A stretch of 64,000 nucleotides of DNA from Sminthopsis crassicaudata. Its lineage: Eukaryota. The stretch lies in contig NC_133617.1 of NCBI RefSeq assembly GCF_048593235.1, forward strand, positions 137,786,937 through 137,850,936, given 5' to 3'. Positions 47,121 to 59,948 of this stretch are shown piece after piece. The notes under the pieces are model-generated. The model did no database searches, was not told where the DNA came from, and saw only the letters and a program-made list of their open reading frames with translations. A program made the position numbers and the translations under genes. Numbering within the stretch: position 1 is the first letter of the stretch; the number at the start of each line of letters is the position of its first letter.

Positions 47121-48649
47121 AAATTCACATAGGCCCCCCAAAAGTCTGGAAACAAAATATCTATTTAGAAGGAGACTCTGGTTATATTCTTCAGGGCATG
47201 ATGTTGGAGTGTAATCAATCTGTCAATAAGTATTGTCTATTCTGCTCCTGCACTGTGCTAAGAGTAAGGTATAAAGACACAAATGAAACAGTCACTTCCC
47301 TTCTGTTAGGTAAGACCACACCTAAATAGAGTTGTAAAAAAACAGAGACAAAGTAAGGGGGGATGGAGGAAGAGCATTAATGTACCCAATAATGACGTGG
47401 CAAAGATGGGGAGAATGGATAAACCGATTGGTGCAAGACTGCTTGTAGACAAATTCATATAATCCATATTCACTCTTCATTTTTGTCCAACCTTAGTATG
47501 GCATCGTTCATGTAGACTGATACTACATGTTAAATAGAAGAACAGACAAAAGGCCATATTCCAATAGGTTTAGGTTTGCTATAGATCAGGCGTATGACCT
47601 TAGACAAAGTCCAAAAGACCTACTATGTGCTAGGCATTGTGCTAAGCTCTGGGAATACAAAGAAAGGCAAAAATAGTCCCTGACATCAAGGAGCTTACAT
47701 CCTAATGGGGGAAGACAATATGAAAACAATGATGTATACACATGGTCTATCCAGAGTAAGTAGATAAGTGATAATCTCAGAGGGAAGACATTGGAATATG
47801 GGAGGAGAAAAGTGGGCTTTAGAAGGTGGACTTTGAACTGAGACGAGGAAAGAAACTAGGGAACCAAGATGCAGAAACATGGAGGGAGGGAGGGAGGGCA
47901 TCCCAGGCATGGGGGACAGGTGGTAAAAAGCTATGAAGTCATAAAGATGGAGTAAGGAAGTTGAATAGTAAATTGATTTCTGATGCTAATATCTTCTTTT
48001 CTTCTGTTGTGGAGTTTGTAAGTTTGTAAGAACTGTCCCTTTGTAAGATGCACCCATCAATGTATCTGCAGCTGACTTGTTCTCTTAATAAGGTTACCCT
48101 TTCCATTAGGAGTCATTTTCCCAAAAGCTTTGTGTTCCCTATAGAACATGGAGACCCAATTCTCCTGTTTTATTGAAGAGGAAAATGATACCCAGAGAAG
48201 TTTAATGACTTACAAAGGTAATCTGTGTTAGGATCTGAACTCAGGTCCTCTGATTGCAAACTTGGTCCTTTCTGTAATAGCATTATAACTGGGCTACCTA
48301 TATTTACTTTTCCTACTCTCTAGTCTGTCTTTCACATAACTGCTGAATTAATTTTTCGAAGGACATCTGGATTTACTCTTCTAACTCAAAATGGCAAGAA
48401 AGGTTAAGTCCTGAGAAAGACAGCTGCTACTTCAGTTTCCACAATTATCTAGTCTCCTACTCCTGTGGTCCATGAATCCCTACCAGTGTGCTTCTTAATC
48501 ATCCAGTTTACGTGACACTTTTAGGAAAAGCATGTATTATAGGCAAGCAGGACAACTTTCCAAGTTACCTGTTGAATTTATTATGTACTTTAAAAAAAAA
48601 GCAAGATTTACATAATAAAGATTTGTAAAATCACTTATAATCTTATTTT

Positions 48650-48857
48650 TTAATTGCTTATTTTTAAAATTTTTTTTATTAATTTTTATAATTATAATAT
48701 TTTCTTTGACAGTACATATTCATAGGTAATTTTTTTTTACATCATTATCCGTTGTACTCCCTTCTGTTCCAAATTTTTCCCCTCCTTCCCTCCACCCCCT
48801 CCCCTAGATGGCAGGCATTCCCATACATATTAAATATCTTATAGTATATCCTAGGTC
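48650..48857 (-). mobile_element. Short young L1 3' end
   Basis: Same 3' UTR type as 42789-43000. TSD tataatcttatttt at 48636-48649 and 48858-48871. Confidence 0.85.
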
Positions 48858-51800
48858 TATAATCTTATTTTATTTGATGTTGGTTAAATTCATATTTTTT
48901 AAATGAAGAAAAAAGGACAGCTGTACAAATAATTTTTTTTTTTTTTTTGTAAAAAGGTCATTAATTGACATGTGATCACAAGAATCTTTTACAAAGGATT
49001 TCCCATGAAAACCTAGGACACATTCTCTCACTAACATTTAAGGAACTTGTGGAAGAAAGAGTAGGCAGAAGCTTAAAGTACAATGGGAGGGAGGCACTTC
49101 TGTAGGGAACATATATGGTTAGGGCACCTTTCAGCTCTGGAAAAACAAAACCTCAATATCCTTACTTTAGAGAGTCCTAAAAATGAGTGTTAAAAATTGT
49201 CTTTATGCATAATTGGGGGAAAATAAAATATTTTTAAACATTAAATAGAAAATCCTAACAAAATTAACTAGGGGAGGCCAGGGAAAGTGGGTGGGTCAAT
49301 GTTGGGGATGGATGAGTTACTCTATTATTTGACTGGGCTGGCTCCTCACAGATAATAAAATCCATCAAAGAGATAGCTAAACCCATTTCTGGACTGGGGC
49401 AAGCAGGTTGTTCAGTTACTGCTGATCTGACTCCTCAGTACCTTTAGTGGCTGCTGGACTAGACAGATCAAGTTGCCTTGTTCAGACTGAAACCGCGACA
49501 GGAATGATTCGGACAGCTCATGGTGCTGCTAAATGACTAGAGTAGTAGGCAAGGTAGGTCATTTGGCTGATGGGTTGCTGCTGGTAGTCAGAGCTACTAA
49601 CCACTGGGCTTTTTACAGAGTATAATATTTCTTCTGAATAAATTAATCTGCTAGTCTCCCTAACATCACTTTGATAGGCAACTGCAGTCTTCTCCACCTC
49701 CAACCTCTAGTTCCCTTGGGAACCATAATACTCTTTTAGATGAAATATGGCACTCTCTTTCTCAGCAAAGGCATTTACTTCAATTTAGGATTTGCAGGCG
49801 CCTCTCCTCTAGGAAGGAGATAGGAGAGGTCTAGCCGGCCTGGATTAACAATTTTTTCTAGTTCAAAGTAAGTTCCCTCTGAGAGAGATCCTATTCTTAC
49901 TTATGGTGATCACCTAGTGACATGTTCCAGATTCCTGGTGGGTGGTTCTGCTACTGATTGGTTGGAGACCCAGGTATAGAGGCTGTCAGGGCCCTTGGGG
50001 ACTTTACTGTCTCTGCTGGCCTGAGTTATTCTAACCCCAAATTATTTCTAAGGAGTGGTGCTTCTTTTACATGTGAAAGGGTTCACTTTACATTCCAATA
50101 TTTGTCTTTTGACCATAAGACCTTCAGCATTGCTGGACTAATAAACTAATCCAATTTATAAGCCTGTGAATGATGCTTCTTGCTGAAAGACCTTTATTGA
50201 GTCCCTAGAGTGACATGGTAAGTTTTTAAAAAATATACAATATAGGGGACTGCTGGGGTGATACAGTGGATAGCAGTGGATAGCTCTGGAGTCAGAAGGA
50301 CCTGAGTTCAAATTCAGACACATACTTGTCTGTGGGCAAGCTAGATAGTCTTCTAAGAATAAAAAGTAAAATACAGAGCATAAAATATAAATTCTTTATG
50401 CTTATATTCAAGGCTTTCCACAATCTAGCTTTAAGTTTCATTTCTAGCTTTTCCTCCTTTTGCAGCTCCTCTTCATTCACTCTGTGTCCTACCCAAGCAA
50501 CTTGCTAGCTACTCCCTGAACTTGTTTAGCAACCTGAAATCTCCCTGCAGTTGGGCAGACTCCCTCTAGGTTTAGAATGCATTCCTTCCTCACTTCTCAT
50601 TTAAGACCTAGCTCCATCTGCCACCTTTTTTATGAAGTCCTCTTCTATTTCTCCAACTATAGTGGATCCCTTTATTCCTAATATCTCTTTGGTCTTGGCT
50701 TGATTACTCCAACTACATGGTTAACTAGAATAATGGGAAATTGTCTAGAGGTTTTATCTCCCTATTAGCTTATAAAATCAGGGAGAGAGAGACAGAGAGA
50801 CAGACAGACAAGGAGCGGGGAGACAGCTAAGCAGAGGGTACAGCTAGGACAATGCATCTGGGGACCCTCAAGGGAAAAAAGAAAGGAAGACTTCTGCTTC
50901 AATCTGTGAGGATTACACAGCAGAGGACTCCATTTCACAGCTGCACGGGGTTGAAGTAGAATCAGGCTCTTCTGCAAAGGGAGTGTCTAAAAGACTGGTC
51001 TATAGTCAAGGTGATATATTTAGAACTTCCTGAGGAGCTTCAGACTTCGTTGCTTGATAGGGTTCTTCCACAATAGGGTGACTAATAGGGCCTATGTAGG
51101 AAAAGAAGAGGACCTATGTGAGAAGAGGTATGTTGGTGTCTGTGACATGCACTATTCTTGACACTTTTTCATCCATGTCCTGTAGTCAAGACATGTCCAG
51201 ATCCATAGAAAGAGCCCAGCTACCTTGGCCATGAAAACTATTGGGTTTCCATGTCTCCAGTTCATCCTTCTCTCTCCAATCCGTCTTCCACAAGATTCTT
51301 GCTAAATCTATAATTTTGAAATAATAGATCCAATCGTGTCACCCAGTTCTACTCATAAAAATCCATCAGTGGCTGCCATTTGCAATAATTTAAAATAAAA
51401 CACAAATGACTGTTCTTGGCATTTAAAGAACTTTCTGCCTTCCAATTACCTCTGGAGCCTTTTTTTTTTTCTCTCAAAAAAAGTATGCTCTGTTTTAGTC
51501 AAACTAGCTTTTTTGCTGCCCTCTTGCATAAAACATTCCCTCTCTTGCTCCCATGCCTTTGTACAATGGTCCTCTGTCTAGAATATACTCTCTCTTCACC
51601 TCCCACACTGTGAAATCCCTATCTTCCTTCAAGACACTGTCCCCCAGTTATGAACATTCGTTTTCTCGAAAAAATAACTTTTTATAATTTTGTTTGTTAT
51701 TTGTATCTACTTCTCTGTGTAAATGTTGAATCCCTCATGTAGAATGCATGCTTCTAGAGGGAAGGTCTTTTTCTTCTTTTGTCCTTCTATCCCTACTCCT

Positions 51801-52139
51801 AGCACAGTTCCTAGGTTAGAGTAGAGCATTAATGAATGTTTGTTGAATAGGTGGTTTAATTGATCCCAATTAAGAATTAATATTTCAAAATGTTTTAATT
51901 TTTTTCATTCAGTATATATTTACTAATCCCCCAAACTGTATGCAGAAACTGTGCTAGTTTTTTGTAGGAGATTAGACTTGTTTAAGGTATAGTCCCTACT
52001 TTTATGAAATTTAAAATTGAGTAGAAATCATAGGACATGTATATAAACAACTTTATTACAATGCAGTCTGCTAAAGATATATGACTCAAAGAGAACATGC
52101 GCCAGTATTGGATAACTGCTGTGTTATACTGGCATCTTC

Positions 52140-52730
52140 TTTTTTTTAATTAAAGCTTTTTATTTTTCAATTCTTCAACATTAGCCCTCGCAAAACTCTG
52201 TGTTCCAATTTCCCTCCCTTCTTCCCCCATGCCCTCCCCTACATGGTAAGTAGTCTGATATATGTTAAACATGGTAGAAATATATGTTACATCTAATGTA
52301 TGCATACATATTTATACAATTATTGTGATGCACAAGAAAAAATAAAAGTAAAATAAACTGCAAGCAAACAACAACAAAAAGAGTGAAAATGCTATGTTGC
52401 GAACCACCCTCAGTTCCCCTGGTCCTCTCTCTGGATGTAGATGGCTCTCTTCATCATTGAACAAGTGCAAATGGCCTGCATCAGCTCATTGTTGAAGAGT
52501 CATGTCCATCAGAATTGATCATCATATAATCTTGTTGTTGCTGTCTATAATGATCTGCTGGTTCTGCTTATTTCTGTTAGAGTCAGTTTATGTCAGTCTC
52601 TCCAGGCTTCTCTGAAATCTTCCTGCTGGTCGTTTCTTACAGAACAATAATACTCCATAATAATCATACACCATAACTTATTCAGCCATTCTCCAACTGA
52701 TGGGCCTCCACTCAGTTTCCAGTTTCATAT
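52140..52730 (-). mobile_element. L1 3' region
   Basis: PolyT head and antisense L1 UTR and ORF2 end (ttattcagccattctccaactgatgggc). Confidence 0.85.
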
Positions 52731-53721
52731 ATACTAGGATGTCAAGAAAAGGAAAGTATGAAGGAGTTGGCTCCTGAAAGTCCTACCAGACATGTTTTAG
52801 CTTCCATATGGTCACAGCTGATGAGAGAAGGGTTTCAGGTCCCTCCTCTACCCCTCTAGGGAGTTACTTGCTAAGTATCTTGGACAGTAGACATCATAGA
52901 GACAGAGGGCATAGTTACTCCCCTTTTAAGGTCTACTGAGTGACCCTCTCCTTATGGTTTAGTGACCAATACTATCTGACAAAGATTCCTTGCCTCTTTC
53001 TCTCCCCTTGGCAATCATGGTGGGAAGGACCAAATCCCAAATTTAGGGCTTGCTGGATCATCCTGGATGAACAAGTCCTTCATCAGTTGAGAGCATGTTT
53101 CCTCAGAAGGGAACAGGGCACCACAGCAACATTCAGTGGGTTACACATCCCTCATTGTACAAGGAAAGCCACCAGCATGTTGGGTGGGCCCCTTATATGG
53201 AACTTAGAGGAAGGTGTGGGAAGGAGTTTCATGGGATAGGCAGGGTTGCAATCTGCCTGGTGGAGAGAGGATGGATCAATGAAATCATACCTCCCTGAGT
53301 TCCTTAGTGTAAGAGAACGGGCGGGAGAGTTCACTTGTGGCTGGGATGACTGGGGTGTTTTCATTAAGGTTATGACATTTGTCCTTGAAGCATAGGTTAG
53401 GTGGCAGAGGAGGCATTCCAGGTAAAGAGAGTAAAATCAACACATGTTGTTTGAGAGCATTTCATGATGAAGTCACCCAGTTTGAGTGGGGTATACTAAA
53501 GGCCTATCATCTGGTTTTGGGGTTTGATGGAAGCGATAAAATTTAGTAAGGAGGGTAGGGGAGTTTAGTAGTAAAACAATTATTATAAATTATTCGTGTA
53601 CGCCTATACGCCTACATGCTTACACGCTTACACACTTTTTGGGGGGTTTTGTGCAGGGTGTTCTGAAAGGTAAGCTTAGAGAAGTAGTCTGGTGCAGATT
53701 ATGGAGGACATTGGGAATAGT

Positions 53722-53985
53722 GGCACCTGGGGGGTACAATGGAGAGAGAACAGAGTCTGGAAGCAGAAAGCCTGAGCTCAAGTTCAGCTTCAGTCATTTA
53801 CTAGCCGTGTGACCCTAGTCATTTAACCTCTATTTGCCTTTGTTTCCCCATCTGTAATATGGAGGTAATAATAGCACCTATCTCCCAGGGTAGTTGTGAG
53901 AATCAAATGAGAAAATAATTGTAAAGTGCTAAGCACACTGCCTGACATATAGTAAATTCTATATAAATGTTAGCTGTTATTAGAT
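53722..53985 (+). mobile_element. MIR/MAR SINE
   Basis: ggcacctggggggtacaatgga...tgtgaccct...ccatctgtaatatgg...gttgtgagaatcaaatgaga. Confidence 0.8.
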
Positions 53986-54289
53986 AGGTCTAAGGAGCTC
54001 ATATTGTATGGAGGAAGATCATACATAAAAGGAAGCTGAAAAGGAGGAGGAGGAGGAGGATATACAGACACATGATGGAGAGACCCACAATGCACCTGAT
54101 GAGAAATGAAGAAATGGCTATCCTGGGTACCCTCTTTAAATGGAGGTTCTAGGGAGAGTCATTCAATCAGGGGGAGGGGTTACAGGAGTGGCGGGCACTT
54201 TTTAGATGTGAATTCCAGCATTAAGGTCTTCTTCCAAGATGGTCTGTGGGACATGGGGATGTGAGCCTAGTGAAAAACTTATACTCTGA

Positions 54290-54720
54290 TTATGTGATAA
54301 TCAACTGTGATGGACATGGCTCTTTTCAACAATGAGGGGATTCAGGCCAATTCCAATAGACTTGTGATGGAGAGAGCCATCTCCATCCAGAGAGAGGACT
54401 ATGGGGACTAAATGTGGTTCACAATATAGTATTTTCACCTTTTTTGTTGTTGTTTGCTTGCTTTTTTTTCTTTCTCATTCCCCCCCTTTCTGATCTGATT
54501 TTTCTTGCACAGCATGATAAATGTGGAAATATGTTTTGAAAAATTGCACATGTTTAACCTATATTGGATTACTCACTGTCTAGGGAAGGGAGGAAAGGGG
54601 AAAGGAGAGAGAAAAATTTGGAATACAAGGTTTTGCAAGAGTGAATGTTGAAAACTATCTTTCCATATACTTTGAAAACAAAAGCTTATTATCAAAATTT
54701 AAAAAAAAGAAATAAAAATT
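54290..54720 (+). mobile_element. L1 3' end
   Basis: ttcaggccaattccaatagacttgtgatggagagagccatc...A-rich tail. Confidence 0.85.
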
Positions 54721-55964
54721 AAAACAAGAAATTTAGACTCTTAGAGTTACCTAGAACTCTGAGAAAATCAGTGCCTTGGTCAGGATTTCAAAACCTTTTT
54801 GTGACTTGGGCAGGACTCGAGTCCAGGATTTTTTGGCTTTGAGTACAATTTCTATCACTTATATCATACTGCCTTTGACAAAAGATACAGGAAAATAAAA
54901 CTTAGATGCTCTGAGTACAGAGAACTTGGAAATAAGTAGTTTCTGTTAAGTTAGTCATTTGTGTCTGACTCTGTAACCACATGGACCATAACATCCCAGA
55001 CCCCTGCATGTTACATTTTCACATAAACAAAGGGGAATTCCAGGCTTGGAAGAAAAGAGGGAAATAACCAGAGTAGAGGGGGGAAAATAAGATGAGATCT
55101 GAATTTTACTAATAGATTGTATCAGTTACAATAGCAAAGGGGGATGGGTGGGAGGGAAGGAAAGTCAAACAAAGAAAGGGATGGATTAGCAAGTGGAGAT
55201 CTAGAAAATGTTTTCTTCTGATCCAGAGCCCGGCAGAATTCAGCAGAGCCCAGGGGATGCAGGAACTCTGAGGTGCCATCTGTAGCTCCTACACTGCTGG
55301 GCCAAGCAGGGGCCTTGGGAAAACTCTCCGACTCCCTGTGTTTCTCTCTCTTTGCAGAGAACAGGTCTGGCAGAACTTTGAGGTTGTCAGGAGAAACAGC
55401 TGCACTAATGAATCACATAAAGCCAGCTGAAGACATACAGCAGGCTTGCTTGCTGCTGCCATCAAATACTTGAGAACCCATTGATCAAGCCCCAAATACC
55501 ACAGAGGGGACTAAGCCCTCTTCAAAAGCCGTCCTCCTGAGCCCAAGCTCAGGCCTGTCTGGCCCCACCCAAGCTTAAAGCACTGGAGTTAATAATAATC
55601 ATGAGCATCCCATATCGCCCAGACCACTCCCCTGTAAAATTCCCAGTGGACTGCCAAGACTTTCTCTTTGGGGCTAGCTGTTTTGTCAGCCCTGCCTTGG
55701 TGCAGAATTCCCTCCACATTCTCTAGTGTCTGAGGTCACTAAAGATCCCCTGGCATTTCCTGTAAGCCCAGAGGTGCTAATCCTAGGACCGTGGCCACTG
55801 TCCAACTAGGTAAGTGTTTGTGCACTGCCCAAAAGTTCCGGGAAGGGGAGGTACTGACTGCTTGCTACCTAGTAAGGAGAACTCAGAAAAGGCCAGGGAA
55901 GTCAAGTTCAGTAGTTCTTACCTGCTGTTTCTCCTAGAACCAGTGTCACCTGTGAAATAACTTT

Positions 55965-56130
55965 GCTTATTAGCCGTGTGACCCTGAGCAAGTCACTTAA
56001 CCAGATTTGCCTCAGTTTCCTCATCTGTAAAATGATTTGAACAAGGAATAGCAAATCACTCTAGTATTTTTGCCAGGAAAACACCAAATCCAGGTCACAA
56101 AGACCCAGAAGCCACTAAAAGATGATTCAA
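55965..56130 (+). mobile_element. MAR1 SINE (partial)
   Basis: tgtgaccctgagcaagtcacttaacc...tcatctgtaaaatga...gccaggaaaacaccaaa. Confidence 0.8.
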
Positions 56131-56749
56131 CAATAAACATTATCTTCCCTTTACAGGTGAAGAAGCTGAAGTTTTGGTATTTACATGAAAACACCTGGAC
56201 AATAAAGTTAATAACCTGTATTAAGTTTTATATTTTTTAATATTGTTTATAATCAATCCTTTTTAAAAAAAATCCACATTGTGCTGATAGAAAAGTTTTC
56301 ATCTTGATTCTGCTCTCATTCAGTGGGATCTTGTTCTTCTTTATCTCTCTCTATGGTTCAGTTTCCTCCCCTATAAAATGAGGCTAATAATAACTGTCTT
56401 CCTACTTGATAGGGTTCTTGGGAGGATAAAGCGGTTGAGTCAATAGGAAATATTAAAGTTATTGTTCAAACATCAGCTGTTATTAAAAACAACGCTTTAC
56501 TTTTTAAACTTGGCTGGTTTTTATGGTCTTGATGTACAGTAATATAGTAAAGTAGAGAAGTGATCATTAGAGGACCCTGATTTTATTTCCCTGTTCTGAC
56601 TCTTAACCCTTTGTGTGACGTCGGGGAAGATGGATACTCCCTCTCCCTGAAACTCATTTTCCTTATTAATAAATTAAGAAGTTGAGCTAAATCACAACTG
56701 AGTTCTCTCCAGCTTTGGATCTACAATGTTACTGCAACGAGGGACTGGC

Positions 56750-59177
56750 CAATGAAGACCCGGTCCTTCGAGCACCCACAAGGTGACCCCTGTAGAGGCT
56801 TGCTGAGCCTGTTTCAGGACCCGCGTGATGGGGGCTTTATCTCTGCACCGGAGAGTAAGCGTCCTGATTGCCCACTGTCAGGTAACTAACAAAACCCCTT
56901 TCAAGGCACGAAGGTTTAAGGGGATGAACTCCTTCTTTCTTCCTGGAACCAAGTAAGGCAAGAATTGCTATGAGCCGCTGCACGGGTGGGGATCTGGGGT
57001 CCTTCTTTTCCTTTGTCTCGGTTAAACCTCACCTTTTGTGGTAGTAGGGAAGGGGAACCAGAAAGTTGTCAGCTTCAAAAGGGAGGGCGAGCACAAAGAT
57101 CCCTCCAGCATTGGTAGAAGGCAGCAGGTGGGGTCAGTGAGAGACCAGCCCTAGAGAGCAACCTGCTTAACCCGTGCCAGCAGTAAACTGAGCCCAGGGC
57201 TGAGACATTGTGTTCTGGGAGCAAAGGAGTGACTCATCCTTCCACTGCGCCGAACCCAGAAGTAGTCAAAGGAATGCTTTGTAGCAACCACTTAAGATCT
57301 GAGTTCCCCTGGCAGGGACCAGGGAAGGGGGGCCTTCACTCTCCTCCTCCTGCTTTTGTAAAAGCTAATTGATGTTCATTGGTGAAATGAGATTAAGGAG
57401 ATGCTACCAGGCAATTGATCATGGGGGAAAACCCACCAGACCCACTCATATCTAATAGAACAGACAGCCCTTTTCAGCCTTGCCCTAAAATCCTCAGAGA
57501 AAAGTTTTAGGGAGGAAACCTAATGCCAGCAGCCGATATACGTAGCACGCATGGTGCTAGGCCACTGTGCTGAGCGCTTTACAATTTTATCTCTTTTGAT
57601 CCTCATAGATGGCTCTGGAAGGTGAGTGGTATTCCCCCCCCCCCCTTACAGATGGGGAAACGGGCAAATAGAGGCTAAGTGACTTGGATCACACAGCTGG
57701 TGTCCGAGGCGAATTCAGGGCTCCCCGACTACCGGGCCTTTTAGCTCCTGCTGGTCCAAGCGAGGATTAGGAGAATGAGTCCGGAGCATACCTGCTGCAA
57801 AAAAGCTTTCCAGCTCTACTCTCTACTCTGTGGCCCTTGAACCTGTTTTAAAGTGTACCATCGTATCTGTGGATTTAATAGGTTTCACCACTGATCACTT
57901 TTCTCTGCCTAGGAGATCCGTGGCTGTTCCCAAAGGAGATGCTGTGGTCGGTGGTGGACCAGAATCGTGGCCGGCCGGCCGTGGAGGAAGCAGAGTCAGC
58001 ACTGGCGGACCCTGGGAACAGCTGAAGGGACAATGTGTCCACCTGCTTTGAGGCGGCCGTTCAACTCTGGCTCTGTGGAAGAAACAAAGTCCCCCAAACC
58101 CAGCTGGTGACGTGGGACAGAGGCGTTTCAGGTAGAAAATAATGATGAGAAGGAACATCGGTACTTCCCTCATCTGCGCCAAGAACTCCACTCTCTGGGG
58201 CTTCGGACTCTCCTTTCCCTGCAGGGCAGGGCTGAGTAATGGCTGAGGAGGCCGGGTTGTTGCAGTCTTTGAGGCAAGCTGAGACCCAAACCCAGCGCTC
58301 CGATGTGTCTGGTAGCTATCACCGAGAAGGGCTTGTAAACTGGGCTCCCATAAATTCGGTAGACATCCACCATCAGTGCTTCTCACCACCTGTGTGACTG
58401 GCAGGGTCTTGGGTGTTCTGTGAAACCACGTGGCTCCCGGATAACTCCCCCCCCCCCTTCTAATGCTGGCCTTGAACAGTGAGAATGCAAATTCTCATCA
58501 TTCCCGGCTCCCAGGGCATCAGCAATGAGCCCGGGTGCTCAGTCCTCCTCGGGTGATCTGTCCCTAAAGAGTGCTCCCACCCACCCGGCCGGCCGAGAAG
58601 CAGGAAGGAGTTTCCATCCTGCCTCCAGCATCTGCTCCCGGGGTAACTTTGGGCTCGTCAGCCTCCTGGGCCCCACTTCCCTCATCAGTAATAGCAGAGG
58701 GGTGGTTATTCCAGTTGTCTCAGAGGTCCCCTCCAGCTTCCGAGCTCTTATACAATGAACCAGTGTGTGCTGTGCATGGGGGCTTGGGAGAGGAGAAGCA
58801 ATGGAGCAAGAGGGTGAGGCTGGAAAAGAGTTTAATTTTAATGCCTTGTTATCTGGCAACCATTTTCATTCAGTGTGCAAACCACATCCATGCTCTATGC
58901 AAAGCGCCGTGCTAAGCATGCAGAGGGAGTAAGCCGTGCTCTCTGCCCTGACGGTGGAAGTTTTAGGCTATTAAAGTTTAAAACTGCACTAAGACACCAG
59001 TATACGAATGTAGGACAGATGTTGGGCGCAAGCCTGGAGCCTGCATATCTTCAGCTGGTGCTGTGTCAGAATAGGTTACGGAGGCAGCTCTATGGGTGGG
59101 GTTCAGTTTGTGAAAGTTAAGGGCAGCCAAAGGAGAGATGAATTAGGAGGTGGGGGAAGGGGAAGGTGTGGCTTACC
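56750..59177. promoter_or_regulatory. GC/CpG-enriched segment, possible enhancer/promoter
   Basis: Many CpGs, including inside MIR remnants. TGACGTGG at 58108-58115, CACGTG at 58427-58432, and a strong acceptor at 57912/57913. Confidence 0.45.
57525..57740 (-). mobile_element. MIR SINE, unusually CpG-rich
   Basis: ggccactgtgctgagcgctttaca...ttacagatggggaaac...ggctaagtgactt. Confidence 0.7.
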
Positions 59178-59948
59178 NNNNNNNNNNNNNNNNNNNNNNN
59201 NNNNNNNNNNNNNNNNNNNNNNNNNNNNNNNNNNNNNNNNNNNNNNNNNNNNNNNNNNNNNNNNNNNNNNNNNNNNNNNNNNNNNNNNNNNNNNNNNNNN
59301 NNNNNNNNNNNNNNNNNNNNNNNNNNNNNNNNNNNNNNNNNNNNNNNNNNNNNNNNNNNNNNNNNNNNNNNNNNNNNNNNNNNNNNNNNNNNNNNNNNNN
59401 NNNNNNNNNNNNNNNNNNNNNNNNNNNNNNNNNNNNNNNNNNNNNNNNNNNNNNNNNNNNNNNNNNNNNNNNNNNNNNNNNNNNNNNNNNNNNNNNNNNN
59501 NNNNNNNNNNNNNNNNNNNNNNNNNNNNNNNNNNNNNNNNNNNNNNNNNNNNNNNNNNNNNNNNNNNNNNNNNNNNNNNNNNNNNNNNNNNNNNNNNNNN
59601 NNNNNNNNNNNNNNNNNNNNNNNNNNNNNNNNNNNNNNNNNNNNNNNNNNNNNNNNNNNNNNNNNNNNNNNNNNNNNNNNNNNNNNNNNNNNNNNNNNNN
59701 NNNNNNNNNNNNNNNNNNNNNNNNNNNNNNNNNNNNNNNNNNNNNNNNNNNNNNNNNNNNNNNNNNNNNNNNNNNNNNNNNNNNNNNNNNNNNNNNNNNN
59801 NNNNNNNNNNNNNNNNNNNNNNNNNNNNNNNNNNNNNNNNNNNNNNNNNNNNNNNNNNNNNNNNNNNNNNNNNNNNNNNNNNNNNNNNNNNNNNNNNNNN
59901 NNNNNNNNNNNNNNNNNNNNNNNNNNNNNNNNNNNNNNNNNNNNNNNN
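59178..59948. other. Assembly gap (771 N)
   Basis: Run of N, followed on the right by a GA-rich tract (59949-60125). Confidence 0.99.

Noticed and set aside
56713-56782. LDLQCYCNEG... as a Ly6/uPAR or TGF-beta-receptor ectodomain start
   Set aside because: No further cysteines in the expected spacing, and the start overlaps a MIR tail.
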